Assembly (NCBI GenBank): GCA_963422395.1
Contig: OY729431.1
Coordinates: 2,144,001 to 2,208,000, forward strand
Source: Vicinamibacteria bacterium
Lineage (GTDB): Bacteria > Acidobacteriota > Vicinamibacteria > Marinacidobacterales > Marinacidobacteraceae
Reading direction: 5' to 3'
DNA: 64,000 nt
The position numbers and the translations under genes are program-made. How positions within the stretch are numbered: the first letter of the stretch is position 1; each line of letters opens with the position of its first letter. The notes under the pieces were generated by a model. It worked only from the letters and a program-made list of their open reading frames with translations. It did not search any database and was not told the DNA's origin. This document shows positions 39,121 through 48,316 of this stretch, piece by piece.

Positions 39121-42100
39121 GTGGCCTCCCCTTACGATCTTCCGCACATTGACTTTTCGCGGCGGCGGCGGGCCAAGCCGTTTACATCGGCTGCTTCCAA
39201 TCAGATCGGAGCGGGAACACCGCGCAGCCGCGAGGAGCATGGCGAGAAGCTGCGCGGCGAACTTGCCGCATCCTATCAGGCGTTCGATGCGGCAAGGCGC
39301 GAGGATCCTCGTCTGGATCCGCCCCAGGGCGCCTTTCTCGAAGTCAAGCTGAAGCGGGGATCGCGGGTCGATGTCGTCGAACGAAGAAACGATGGCATCA
39401 GGCCGGGGGCGGCCAGGCTCGATACGAACGAGAAACGGATCGTCGGGCTGTATGTCCCCGATGAGTCGCGCGAGGTATTCGCGGAGATTCTCCGTGAATA
39501 TCAGGAGGGCGAGCTGGCCCCGGGAGGCAAACCGCAGCGCAAGGCCTTCGTCGATCCCATCGAATCCATCCGTGCTGCTCGTCTTGAGACGTTCTGGACC
39601 GACGATGCTTCGAGGCTTCCGCCACCAGGCCGGCAAATGTGGTGGGAAGTCTGGTGCGTGCGCGCGTTGGAGGACGAGCTCGATCGGTTGGTCGCCAAGC
39701 TCGGAGCGCGCGCGGCAGATCGCGAGCAACGCCTGTATTTTCCCGAACATGCCGTGCTGCCGGTGCTGGCCGACAGGGCAACGATCGAGCTGATGCTGTT
39801 CGCGCGCCTTTCCATTGTCGAGCTGCGCAGGGCAAGCGACAGTCCGGCCTTCTTTCTGGACGATATCGACCGGGACGAGCAACGGGACGCCTGCGAGGAG
39901 CTCTCTGAACGAACGGAATGGCCGGGCATGGATGTTCCGGCAGTCTGTCTTCTCGATACAGGGGTGAATCGCGCCCATATCCTGATCGAACCGGCGCTCG
40001 CCGAAGCGGATATGGCCGCGGTGAAGGGCGAATGGGGAGTCGCCGACTCCGCACAGGGGCACGGCACGGGCATGGCGGGGCTTGCGCTGTTCGGAGACTT
40101 GACTCCGCATCTGACGGGTGCGGAGGTCCTGTCGCTGAGGCACCGTCTGGAGTCGGTGAAGATACTGTCGCCGAACAGATTCGATCCGACCGAAGAGCGT
40201 TTGTACGGCGCGTACACGAAGCAGGCCGTGGCATTGCCCGAAACCGAGCGTCCGGACCGTCGCAGGGTGTTTTGCCTGGCGGTGACCAATGAAGACCGGA
40301 CCGGCAACCGGCCGACGACCTGGAGTGCAGCGATCGACCAAGAGGCTGCCGGTGTGACGGAGGTTGGCGAGCGGGTGCCTGCGAGACTGTTCGTGGTGTC
40401 GGCAGGGAATGCGCCTAGTGAGATCACGATGGAGCGGATCGCGGACGCGGACACGCTCGAAATCGAGGATCCCGCGCAAGCCTGGAACGCGATAACGGTC
40501 GGCGGGTACACCGATCTGATCAATGTCCAGGAACCGAAATTCGAGCATTATTCGCCCTTCGCCAAGGCGGGCGACATCAGCCCTTACACGCGGACATCGA
40601 CACTGTGGCTCCAGGGCAAGGCCCCGTTCAAGCCGGATATCGTCATGGAAGCGGGCAACCGTGTGGTCTCGCCCGCGAGGACGGATGCGTACGACGCGGA
40701 TTCGCTGGCGCTATTGTCGACCGGGCCGAACACCGATCAGCATCCACTGGTGTCGTTTCGGGCGACGAGCGCGGCCACGGCGCAGGCTGCACGCCTTGCC
40801 GCGCGGTTGACGGCCGAGTTTCCGCACTACTGGCCCGAGACCATACGGGCCTTGGGAAGGTCTGATCAAGATGATTTTTTAGTCGGATTCTCGATATCGG
40901 ATGGAGCTCGGCTTCTACGATTCGTGAGGAAACCTCGAGTGCCGACCTTCATCGGCAGTATTCCCCCGCGCCGGGCAAGAGAGTCAGGCTCCGGGCAGCC
41001 CCCTCGGCTCTCTCCCCGAGTCTTCTCAGCAGGCGCAGCGCTCTTGCGCCCGTATCACCACTCTCCTGGCTTGGAACAGGTTCACCAGCGCGCAAGTCGC
41101 CACCACCCGATGCCAGTTCTTCTCGATGCCTCGGTACCGCACCTCCCGAAACCCGAACACCCGCTTCATCACCTGAAACGGATGCTCCACCCGAGCCCGA
41201 ACCCGCGCCTTCCTGACGTTCGCCGCCCGCTGCTGCTCGGTGAGAGGCTGATTCCGAAACGCCTTCCGCTGTGTGAAGTCCTGTGCCCGCGGCGCTACTT
41301 CTCGAATCACCTTCCGTTGCCCGCAATACGCCTTGTCCCCCCACACCCGCGTCTCCCCTCCGTGGAGCAGCTCCGCCAACACCTGCGAGTCGTGCACATT
41401 CGCCGCCGTCGCCACCACCGAATGGATCTGCTTCGTCTGCGAGTCCATCCCGATGTGCGCCTTCATCCCGAAATACCACTGCTGCCCCTTCCGTGTCGAG
41501 CCCATCTCCGGATCCCGCGCCTTCGCCCGGTTCTTCCTCGAACTCGGCGCCGTCAGGATCGTCGCGTCCACGATCGTCCCGTTCCGCACCCGCACCCCGT
41601 GCTCCGCCAGATACTCCTGGACCTGCTCGAACATCGCCTCCGTCAGGTCGTGACGCTCCAGCAGATGCCGGAACTTGCACACCGTCGTCTCATCCGGCGC
41701 CCTCTCCCGCCCCAGGTCGATCCCCACGAAGCGCCGCATCGAATCCGACTCGTAGAGCGCCTCCTCCACCCCGGGGTCCGACAGGTCGAACCACTGCTGC
41801 AAGAAGTAGATCCGCAGCATCCGTTCCAGCTCCACCGGCGGTCGCCCACGCCCCCGCTTCGGATACACCGGCGCGATCGCCGCGCACAACGCATCCCACG
41901 GCACCACCCGGTCCATCTCTTCCAAAAACCGACGCCGCCTCGTCTTCTTCCGAAACCTGTCGAATCCCGCTTCCGCAAAGCTCATCTGACGCATATCAAC
42001 CCCCACCGCCATTCCTCAGACGATACAAAGCAGAATACCCCAAACGAAATCAATAAATCAGAGGGTCCCTTGATGATCCACGGCGCGGATTGGACACCGC

Positions 42101-42825
42101 TGATGAAGGGTGCCTTGACGGCGGCGGGCACCAAGAGCGAGGCTTGTCTCCTCCTGAGGCGATACGGCCACGGTGTACCGACGTTCGAGCGCGCCGCGGC
42201 CTCGGCGAGAAATCACCTGGCGATGATTTCCGAAGCGGAAATTCAACCGTACAGTCGAAGTGGAAAGGGCATGCACGAATGCCACTTCTATTCGTTGCCC
42301 TGGCCTCGGACGGCTCTCGAAAGTCTGGGCGAACAGGACGTCACCCTGAAAATCACATTGTCGTATTTCGTCGAGCCCAACCCCGGTTCGTCCGCTGCAT
42401 TCGATCCGTATCGCTATCAATCCTTTGGACTGCGCTTCGACCTTAAGCGCCGGTCGGAGACGGTTGCCAATTTCGCGAAGCGGCTCAACAAGCAGGCATG
42501 GGAGAAACTCAAGGATCGGCCTTCTACGGATGAGGACCGTGACAGATGGCTGTTCGGTACGCAATCGATGTCCGCGGGATCGTTGCACAGTGATGAATGG
42601 ACGGGACCCGCGGTCAATCTTCTCTCACGCAACATCATCTGCATCAAACCGGTCGGGGGCTGGTGGAAGGAACGTGCGAAGGCCGATGTGCGAGGACAGA
42701 AAGCGCGCTATTCGCTCGTTCTCTCCCTGCGATCCGAGGACAGTGAAATCGATCTCTACACGCCTGTCTCGACCATGGTCGAGGCGGAGATCGGGGTCGA
42801 ATCCATCGTGGTTCCGACAAGCTGA
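39121..42825 (+). CDS. S8 subtilisin-like protease, IetS-like, carrying an in-frame IS5 insertion
   Basis: Triad motifs 'LLDTG', 'HGTGMAG', 'RATSAA'; removing the IS and one target duplication rejoins 'WPETIRAL|MIHGADWT' (828 aa). Confidence 0.85.
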   Translation: MASPYDLPHIDFSRRRRAKPFTSAASNQIGAGTPRSREEHGEKLRGELAASYQAFDAARREDPRLDPPQGAFLEVKLKRGSRVDVVERRNDGIRPGAARLDTNEKRIVGLYVPDESREVFAEILREYQEGELAPGGKPQRKAFVDPIESIRAARLETFWTDDASRLPPPGRQMWWEVWCVRALEDELDRLVAKLGARAADREQRLYFPEHAVLPVLADRATIELMLFARLSIVELRRASDSPAFFLDDIDRDEQRDACEELSERTEWPGMDVPAVCLLDTGVNRAHILIEPALAEADMAAVKGEWGVADSAQGHGTGMAGLALFGDLTPHLTGAEVLSLRHRLESVKILSPNRFDPTEERLYGAYTKQAVALPETERPDRRRVFCLAVTNEDRTGNRPTTWSAAIDQEAAGVTEVGERVPARLFVVSAGNAPSEITMERIADADTLEIEDPAQAWNAITVGGYTDLINVQEPKFEHYSPFAKAGDISPYTRTSTLWLQGKAPFKPDIVMEAGNRVVSPARTDAYDADSLALLSTGPNTDQHPLVSFRATSAATAQAARLAARLTAEFPHYWPETIRALGRSDQDDFLVGFSISDGARLLRFVRKPRVPTFIGSIPPRRARESGSGQPPRLSPRVFSAGAALLRPYHHSPGLEQVHQRASRHHPMPVLLDASVPHLPKPEHPLHHLKRMLHPSPNPRLPDVRRPLLLGERLIPKRLPLCEVLCPRRYFSNHLPLPAIRLVPPHPRLPSVEQLRQHLRVVHIRRRRHHRMDLLRLRVHPDVRLHPEIPLLPLPCRAHLRIPRLRPVLPRTRRRQDRRVHDRPVPHPHPVLRQILLDLLEHRLRQVVTLQQMPELAHRRLIRRPLPPQVDPHEAPHRIRLVERLLHPGVRQVEPLLQEVDPQHPFQLHRRSPTPPLRIHRRDRRAQRIPRHHPVHLFQKPTPPRLLPKPVESRFRKAHLTHINPHRHSSDDTKQNTPNEINKSEGPLMIHGADWTPLMKGALTAAGTKSEACLLLRRYGHGVPTFERAAASARNHLAMISEAEIQPYSRSGKGMHECHFYSLPWPRTALESLGEQDVTLKITLSYFVEPNPGSSAAFDPYRYQSFGLRFDLKRRSETVANFAKRLNKQAWEKLKDRPSTDEDRDRWLFGTQSMSAGSLHSDEWTGPAVNLLSRNIICIKPVGGWWKERAKADVRGQKARYSLVLSLRSEDSEIDLYTPVSTMVEAEIGVESIVVPTS
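40855..42068 (-). mobile_element. IS5-family insertion sequence (1214 bp)
   Basis: Imperfect terminal IRs GGAAGGTCTGAT... / ...ATCAGAGGGTCC; 4-bp target duplication CTTG (40851-40854 and 42069-42072). Confidence 0.9.
41026..41994 (-). CDS. IS5-family DDE transposase
   Basis: 'MRQMSF...KTRRRRFLEEM', 'MLRIYFLQQWF', 'PDETT', 'IVDATI', 'FGMKAHIG', 'GDKAY', 'RARVEHPF'. Confidence 0.95.
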   Translation of the reverse strand: MRQMSFAEAGFDRFRKKTRRRRFLEEMDRVVPWDALCAAIAPVYPKRGRGRPPVELERMLRIYFLQQWFDLSDPGVEEALYESDSMRRFVGIDLGRERAPDETTVCKFRHLLERHDLTEAMFEQVQEYLAEHGVRVRNGTIVDATILTAPSSRKNRAKARDPEMGSTRKGQQWYFGMKAHIGMDSQTKQIHSVVATAANVHDSQVLAELLHGGETRVWGDKAYCGQRKVIREVAPRAQDFTQRKAFRNQPLTEQQRAANVRKARVRARVEHPFQVMKRVFGFREVRYRGIEKNWHRVVATCALVNLFQARRVVIRAQERCAC

Positions 42826-42948
42826 GCACCGTCTGGCAAGTCGCAATTTCCTGCCGCAGGGGAAAGCTGAACGAGTTGATGCCGGGATGGATTGTCGAGC
42901 GGCGACGATGTGCGGGTGGGGGAGCGTCTGAGGGGCCCAGTGACGAAG

Positions 42949-43343
42949 AGAGCTGGCCGGAAATCATGCGGCTCTCCCGGACCGACGAAATCCACCAGCA
43001 GGCGCTCCTGCCGCTCGGCGGCCCCTCGTAGCCGACGATCCCGCCACTTCTTGCTCATGACCGCCACACCGCACAACGGCAAGGAGGAGGACTTCCAACT
43101 CTTCCTCGCCTTGCTGGACGGCGACCGCTTCGAAGGGCGGTTCCGCGACGGCGTCCACGCCGCGGACGCGTCGGATCTGATGCGGCGCATGGTCAAGGAG
43201 CGGCTCGTGAAGTTCGACGGAAAGCCGCTCTTTCCCGAACGCATCGCCTACACGGTGCCCTACCAGCTCTCCGACGCGGAAGCCGGCCTCTACCAGGCGG
43301 TGACCGACTATGTGCGCGAAGAGTTCAACCGCGCGGACGCACT
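42949..43343 (+). repeat. Direct repeat copy B (MTase 3' end plus helicase fragment)
   Basis: Matches 37412-37795 and continues to match the helicase to 23361. Confidence 0.9.
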
Positions 43344-43594
43344 GCCCGACGAACCCAACTTCTGCGTGCCGGCCTACGACGTCGAGACCGAGGTGCAGCA
43401 GATCCGCATCGTCATCGAAGGACTCGCCGGCCACGTCCCCACCGCCCTGATCGCGCTCCACCTCGGCGACGCGCTTCACGATCTGCGACAAGCTGAACAG
43501 GCGCCTCGGCCTCACCAGGGAGCAGTGGACCGCGCTCGCCGCCCAGTCCACGCGCACCGGGACGCCCGAGCCCGGCGACCCCGCCGAGCACTGA
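43344..43594 (+). pseudogene. Frameshifted fragment of an unknown gene
   Basis: '[26 protein letters not shown]...' followed, after a frame change near 43477, by '[24 protein letters not shown]...EH*'. Confidence 0.35.
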
Positions 43595-43606
43595 CCCGCG
43601 CGCTGG

Positions 43607-43942
43607 ATGGGTTCGAGCAAGGCGGATCTGAAGCGCTTCCCCGACCCGGTGCAGGGCCGCATGGGGTTCGCGATCTACCGCGCCCAGCTCGGACGCCGGC
43701 ACCGCGGCGCCAAGCCGCTGAAGGGCTTCGGCTCGGGCGTCCTGGAGGTCGTCTCGCGCCACGACGGCGACACCTTCCGGGCCGTCTACACGGTGCGGTT
43801 CGAGACCGCCGTCTATGTCCTGCACGCCTTCCAGAAGAAAGCGAGGCGTGGCATCGCGACCCCGAAGCAGGAGCTCGACCTGGTCCGCCGCCGATTGCAG
43901 GCCGCCGAGCGGCACTACCGTGACACGCATTGTGGAGACTGA
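43607..43942 (+). CDS. RelE/HigB-like toxin (Gp49/DUF891 type), possibly 5'-truncated
   Basis: '[11 protein letters not shown]', 'KPLKG', 'FRAVY', 'YVLHAFQKK', 'TPKQELDL'; in-frame TGA at 43592, only four codons upstream of the ATG. Confidence 0.8.
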   Translation: MGSSKADLKRFPDPVQGRMGFAIYRAQLGRRHRGAKPLKGFGSGVLEVVSRHDGDTFRAVYTVRFETAVYVLHAFQKKARRGIATPKQELDLVRRRLQAAERHYRDTHCGD

Positions 43943-43946
43943 CGCC

Positions 43947-44285
43947 ATGGAACCCACCGACATCACCGTGGAGCGCGGCAGCGGCAACGTCTTCGCCGAT
44001 CTCGGCTTTCCCGACGCCGACGCTCACCTCGTCAAGGCCGAGCTCGTCAGCCGCATCGACGACATCGTGCGCGATCGCGGCATCACCCAGACCGAGGCCG
44101 CGCGGCTGATGGGCCTGTCTCAGCCCGACGTCTCGCGGCTGCTGCGGGGCGACTTCCGCGAGTATTCGCTGGAGCGCCTGTTCCGCCTGCTCAACGCGCT
44201 CGGGCGCGACATCGACATCGTCATCCGCCAGCCCCGTTCCGCCGACGGCGCACGGCTGCGCATCGCCGCCGCCGAACCCGCCTGA
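43947..44285 (+). CDS. HigA-like XRE helix-turn-helix antitoxin
   Basis: 'GSGNVFADLG', 'ITQTEAARLMGLSQPDVSRLLRG', 'SLERL'; directly follows the toxin. Confidence 0.88.
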   Translation: MEPTDITVERGSGNVFADLGFPDADAHLVKAELVSRIDDIVRDRGITQTEAARLMGLSQPDVSRLLRGDFREYSLERLFRLLNALGRDIDIVIRQPRSADGARLRIAAAEPA

Positions 44286-44306
44286 CCGCTCCGCCGGTTT
44301 CTCCGC

Positions 44307-44404
44307 GGCAGGCCCGCGGTGTGGAAGGTCGTGCATCACCTGATCCGCACTCTGGACGCCGACGGGGAAGCCGAACCGGCGCGCGATCTCTGCTACCGGC
44401 TCTA
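44307..44404 (+). repeat. Third duplicated MTase fragment marking the right end of the island
   Basis: Matches 37216-37352 with an internal deletion of about 39 bp. Confidence 0.8.
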
Positions 44405-44717
44405 AGCGCTCCACGGCAGCGTTTCGGGGCGGCGGCCGGAGGCGGAGTGACCCTGGGCCTTTGCTTCCGTTCCCGCCTTACCGCCGCGAAACTCTCGACG
44501 CCCGCACTTCGAGCCTCCCCGGTTCCGCCTTCATTACGGGGAAGCGCCGGGGGTTTCGCGCAGGCCGGGGGCGTTGACGATGAGTTCCCCGAGGTCCGTC
44601 ATGGTGTCGGCGCAAACGGGATGCCGACATCCGTCGACGATCCGGGGAACAGCCGCCGGGGCGACGAGGCGTATCGACGCACCTCCCCGGAGGAGAGGGA
44701 TTCCAGGAGGGGTCCGG

Positions 44718-45116
44718 TTACTTCCAGAGGGACAGGAGGACTGCCTGCCCGGTGATCGCAACCAGATTGAAACCCAGATTCAGCGTGAACAGGGCAGCCT
44801 TCCTCTTCTCGAAGGCCACCGACTGATACCCGACCGGAAGGACGAACGCGATGATCGCGACGAGTGCGGCATGGACTCCGGAGAGCGCGCCGCTTCTCCC
44901 TTCGAGCAGTACCGCCAGGCCGAATGCGGTGGCTAGTGCGAGCAGGAACGATACTCCGTAGGTTTTCAACGGATTGAAATCCTTCGCGATTTCCTCCTGG
45001 GTGGTTCCCATCAGGTCCAGCCAGCGCTTGCCGAAGAGAGGGCCGTACCAGAGGGCCCCGACGATCATCGGCACGAAACCGGCCACCACGACAGCGAGAT
45101 AGTTTCCATCGAACAT
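44718..45116 (-). CDS. DUF1761-like membrane protein
   Basis: 'NYLAVVVA...GALWYGPLFGKRW'; four TM segments. Confidence 0.8.
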   Translation of the reverse strand: MFDGNYLAVVVAGFVPMIVGALWYGPLFGKRWLDLMGTTQEEIAKDFNPLKTYGVSFLLALATAFGLAVLLEGRSGALSGVHAALVAIIAFVLPVGYQSVAFEKRKAALFTLNLGFNLVAITGQAVLLSLWK

Positions 45117-45168
45117 CGCAGAGGTCTCCTTCAGCACGGCGCCGCCGAAGACGGCAGGTCCGATCGGC

Positions 45169-46476
45169 CTATGGATCGGGATTCGGGACGGAGATCCCGG
45201 CCTTTTCGAGTTCCCAGAGGACGGCGTCGGCGAACTCGTCGAGCGACGGCACCTTGCGCCCGTTGATGAACAGGGTGGGAGTCCCGGTTACCCCGAGACG
45301 CAACGCCTCGGCGATGTCGGTCTGAAGCACCGCTTCGGTTTCCGGCTCGTCGAGACAGGCCGCGAACGCCTCACGGTCCAAGCCGGCGCCCGCGGCGATC
45401 CGGGTCACATCCCCCGGGTCCGGCGCTTCGGGCGGCGCCCGGTAAACCGCGTCGTGATACTCCCAGAAGTTCCCGAGGCGGTAGGCGCAGGCGGCGCCCC
45501 GCGCCACGTTGCAGGCGCCGGGATGGAGGACTCGGGGCAGATGGGCGGCGCAGGTCTGGTCGAGAGGGAAACTCCGGTAGTAGAGGGCCACCTGGGGGCC
45601 GGTCGGTCCTTCGGCGTACTGATCGAAGGCGAGCGCGAAACGCCGGCAGGATGGGCAGAGGAAGTCCGAAAAGGTCACGATTTTCACCGGCGCATCCGGG
45701 TCTCCCCGGAAGGGCACGCCGTCGAGATCCATTGCCTGGACCGGCTGCTGCCGGAAGGTGGGGTTCCTCCACTGCGGCAGCCCTCCGGCGTGGGCGACCG
45801 GCATCCGGGAGGGCCAGCCCGCGGGCGGCGCGGATACTCCGGAACGCACCCCCAGGATCGAGAGATCCGGCGTCTCCTCCGCCGCACCGCGGTCGCCCAG
45901 CCCGTGGTCGATGACCAGCACTGCGGCCAGAACGAGTCCCGCGGTGAGCCAGAACGCGCGGACGAGGACCCGATCCACGGCGAGGCGCGCCGGGGGCAGA
46001 GGTTCCGCCGGCGCCCGACGGGCAGGGAGCAGGCAGACGAAGGCCCAGCCGTTCGCGGCGTAGGTCCAGAGACAGAGCGAACAGAAGGCCCCGATCGACA
46101 GCGCCTGCACGCCGAGCAGGAACAGATCCACCACCAGAGCGAGACCCACCAGCGCCAGCGCCAGCCGACCCGGCGCGCTCTCGAGCCGCGAACCGCCCGG
46201 CGAACCTCCCAGGAGGGCCAGAGCGAGCAGGGCGCCGAGCGACACGAAGAAAGCAAGGCCCACTGCGGCCAGCGGAACGCCCCCGATCGCCGACCAGGCG
46301 CTCGCCGCCACCTCCTCGCAGCCCGAGCCTTGCGGGTCGCACACCGACGACGCCAGCGCCCCCGCGTCGAGACCGTGATGACGCAGCAGCAGAACCGCCG
46401 AGACCGCTCCGCCGAACACGGCGGCAGCGAGGGCCAAGCCGAGGCGCCACCGGTCCCCGGACACGGTCCCGTTCAT
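45169..46476 (-). CDS. VKOR-domain plus DsbA/thioredoxin fusion protein
   Basis: VKOR cysteines 'VCDPQGSGCEEV' and 'FCSLC'; DsbA 'FSDFLCPSC' and 'GVTGTPTLFING'. Confidence 0.85.
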   Translation of the reverse strand: MNGTVSGDRWRLGLALAAAVFGGAVSAVLLLRHHGLDAGALASSVCDPQGSGCEEVAASAWSAIGGVPLAAVGLAFFVSLGALLALALLGGSPGGSRLESAPGRLALALVGLALVVDLFLLGVQALSIGAFCSLCLWTYAANGWAFVCLLPARRAPAEPLPPARLAVDRVLVRAFWLTAGLVLAAVLVIDHGLGDRGAAEETPDLSILGVRSGVSAPPAGWPSRMPVAHAGGLPQWRNPTFRQQPVQAMDLDGVPFRGDPDAPVKIVTFSDFLCPSCRRFALAFDQYAEGPTGPQVALYYRSFPLDQTCAAHLPRVLHPGACNVARGAACAYRLGNFWEYHDAVYRAPPEAPDPGDVTRIAAGAGLDREAFAACLDEPETEAVLQTDIAEALRLGVTGTPTLFINGRKVPSLDEFADAVLWELEKAGISVPNPDP

Positions 46477-46489
46477 GCGGACTGAAAGT

Positions 46490-47158
46490 CTATCCGTCTG
46501 TCGATTTTCGTTCATAACACTCCGCGCAGACGGGAATCTCGATCCCTCCGCGAAGATCGGGCGCCGACTGCGGGGGGCCGAAAGAAGTACGGACCGGAAC
46601 CACGCCCGCCCAGTGCGGAAGCCCGAGATCCTCCGCATCGTCGGCGGGGGGGCCGCGGCGGGATTTCGCCGTCGCCTCCGTGAGAGGCATCGAAGCCACC
46701 AGCGTCGCGTCGAGTTCCCGGCCGTTCGGGGGGCGGGCGCCGCCGTGGCGGCCCGGAATCAGTCGTTCGAGCAGAACATCGAGCGCGCGCTGCTTGTCTT
46801 CCCGGCGCGCCACTTCCGCGGTCCGGCCGAGGACGACGACCGAGCGGTAGTTCATCGAATGGTGGAAGTGGGAACGGGCGAACACCAGCCCGTCCAGCAG
46901 GGTCACCGTGACCGCCGCTTCGACCCCGGAGGCGAGAAGCCGCATGAGCCGGCTGGCCGAGGAGCCGTGCAGCAGCAGGCGGTCTCCGTCCCGAGCGTAG
47001 CCCATCGGAAGGACGAAGGGAGAGCCCTCGTGGACGAACCCCACATGAGCCACGATGCCCTCGTCCAGCACCGAGTCGATGAACACCCGGTCGTGGGAGC
47101 CGCGGCGGGGCAGCCGCCGAACACGGCTTCTCGGGGTCGGTTCTGTCGAAGAACTCAC
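46490..47158 (-). CDS. Pyridoxamine 5'-phosphate oxidase-like flavin-binding protein
   Basis: 'LLHGSSASRLM', 'VTLLDGLVFARS.FHHSMNYRSVV', 'WAGVVP'. Confidence 0.85.
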   Translation of the reverse strand: MSSSTEPTPRSRVRRLPRRGSHDRVFIDSVLDEGIVAHVGFVHEGSPFVLPMGYARDGDRLLLHGSSASRLMRLLASGVEAAVTVTLLDGLVFARSHFHHSMNYRSVVVLGRTAEVARREDKQRALDVLLERLIPGRHGGARPPNGRELDATLVASMPLTEATAKSRRGPPADDAEDLGLPHWAGVVPVRTSFGPPQSAPDLRGGIEIPVCAECYERKSTDG

Positions 47159-47182
47159 GCTTCGCTCGTGGAAGCAGCATTT

Positions 47183-48316
47183 TCAGACCTCGCTATGGAG
47201 TGACAGGCGCTTGCGCAGCGTTTCCATGGTGATGATCCCGACGAGCTCGCCGGCGTCGAGCACCGCAACGGACCGCCGTCCCGCGGAGAGCAGCGGCACC
47301 ACCCGGATCGCGGCGTCCTCGGGGTGGAGCGTCTGTTCGACGATCTCGGTCCGCATCAGCTTCCCCGCGGGGAGCCGTTCCCACTCGGCCAGCGGGCGGC
47401 GGCGCAGCTCATCCATACGCACCGCGCCCACCAGTTCCGCCTCGTCGAGCACCGGAATTTCCGAATGCGGAATGTCCATCGTGGCCAGATCCCGGCCCGA
47501 AGCGCCGCGCTGCACCGACAGGATGCGGTAGTCGAGGAGGTGGGCGGCGGTTACTCCATGAAGCGTCTCGGCGAGCCAGAGCTGCCGGGTCACCTCGCGC
47601 GCCACCCGGCGTAGATGGAGGCCGATCACCACGAACCAGGCCCCGCAGACGAGTTGCCCGGTCACGGCAGCGCCTGAGCCGCCGAAGAAGGCCACCACGC
47701 CGAATCCGATCAGCAGCAGCCCGAAAGACCTCCCGGTCGCAGCCACCGCCCGGGTGGCGGCGGCCGGACGGCCCCACACCGCCCAGAGCACGGCTCGCAG
47801 GATCCGACCTCCGTCCAGCGGGGCCGCCGGGATCAGATTGAAGGCGAGGAGCAGTCCGTTCATCAACGCCAGATTACCCGCCACCGCCGCCGCCGCCGGC
47901 AGCGAAACGCGAGCGAACTGCTGTAGGGCCAGAAATGCGAGGGTGAGCAGCAGGGTGACGAACGGACCGGCCAGCGCGATCCGGAACTCGACGCCGGGGC
48001 GAAGCGGATCACCGGCCAGTTCCGTCGTGCCGCCGAATACCCGGAGGGTGATGCCGGACACCTTCATTCCCGATCGGCGCGCTACCGCCGCGTGCGCCAG
48101 TTCGTGGGCCAGCACGGACAGGAGGAGCAGCAGGCTCGTGAGCACCCCGAGGCCGACCGCGAGGACGGTGCCGACCGCGGGGTCTCCCCGGACGTACAGA
48201 ACCCCGAAGAGCGCCGAGAGGACGGCGGCCACCAGCAGCCACGAGGAGTGCACCCGGATGGGATAGCGGCCGGACCACGGCGCCGCCGCTTTCAGAGAAG
48301 GGTCGGACGGGGTCAA
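47183..48316 (-). CDS. Site-2 protease (M50) with CBS domains
   Basis: HExxH 'HELAH', 'IALAGP', 'FNLIPAAPLDGGRILR'; C-terminal CBS pair. Confidence 0.88.
   Translation of the reverse strand: MTPSDPSLKAAAPWSGRYPIRVHSSWLLVAAVLSALFGVLYVRGDPAVGTVLAVGLGVLTSLLLLLSVLAHELAHAAVARRSGMKVSGITLRVFGGTTELAGDPLRPGVEFRIALAGPFVTLLLTLAFLALQQFARVSLPAAAAVAGNLALMNGLLLAFNLIPAAPLDGGRILRAVLWAVWGRPAAATRAVAATGRSFGLLLIGFGVVAFFGGSGAAVTGQLVCGAWFVVIGLHLRRVAREVTRQLWLAETLHGVTAAHLLDYRILSVQRGASGRDLATMDIPHSEIPVLDEAELVGAVRMDELRRRPLAEWERLPAGKLMRTEIVEQTLHPEDAAIRVVPLLSAGRRSVAVLDAGELVGIITMETLRKRLSLHSEV

Noticed and set aside
40855-42068. His/Arg/Pro-rich 'domain' inside the S8 protease
   Set aside because: It is the antisense translation of the IS5 element, bounded by IRs and a CTTG duplication; it is not an intein or a real domain.
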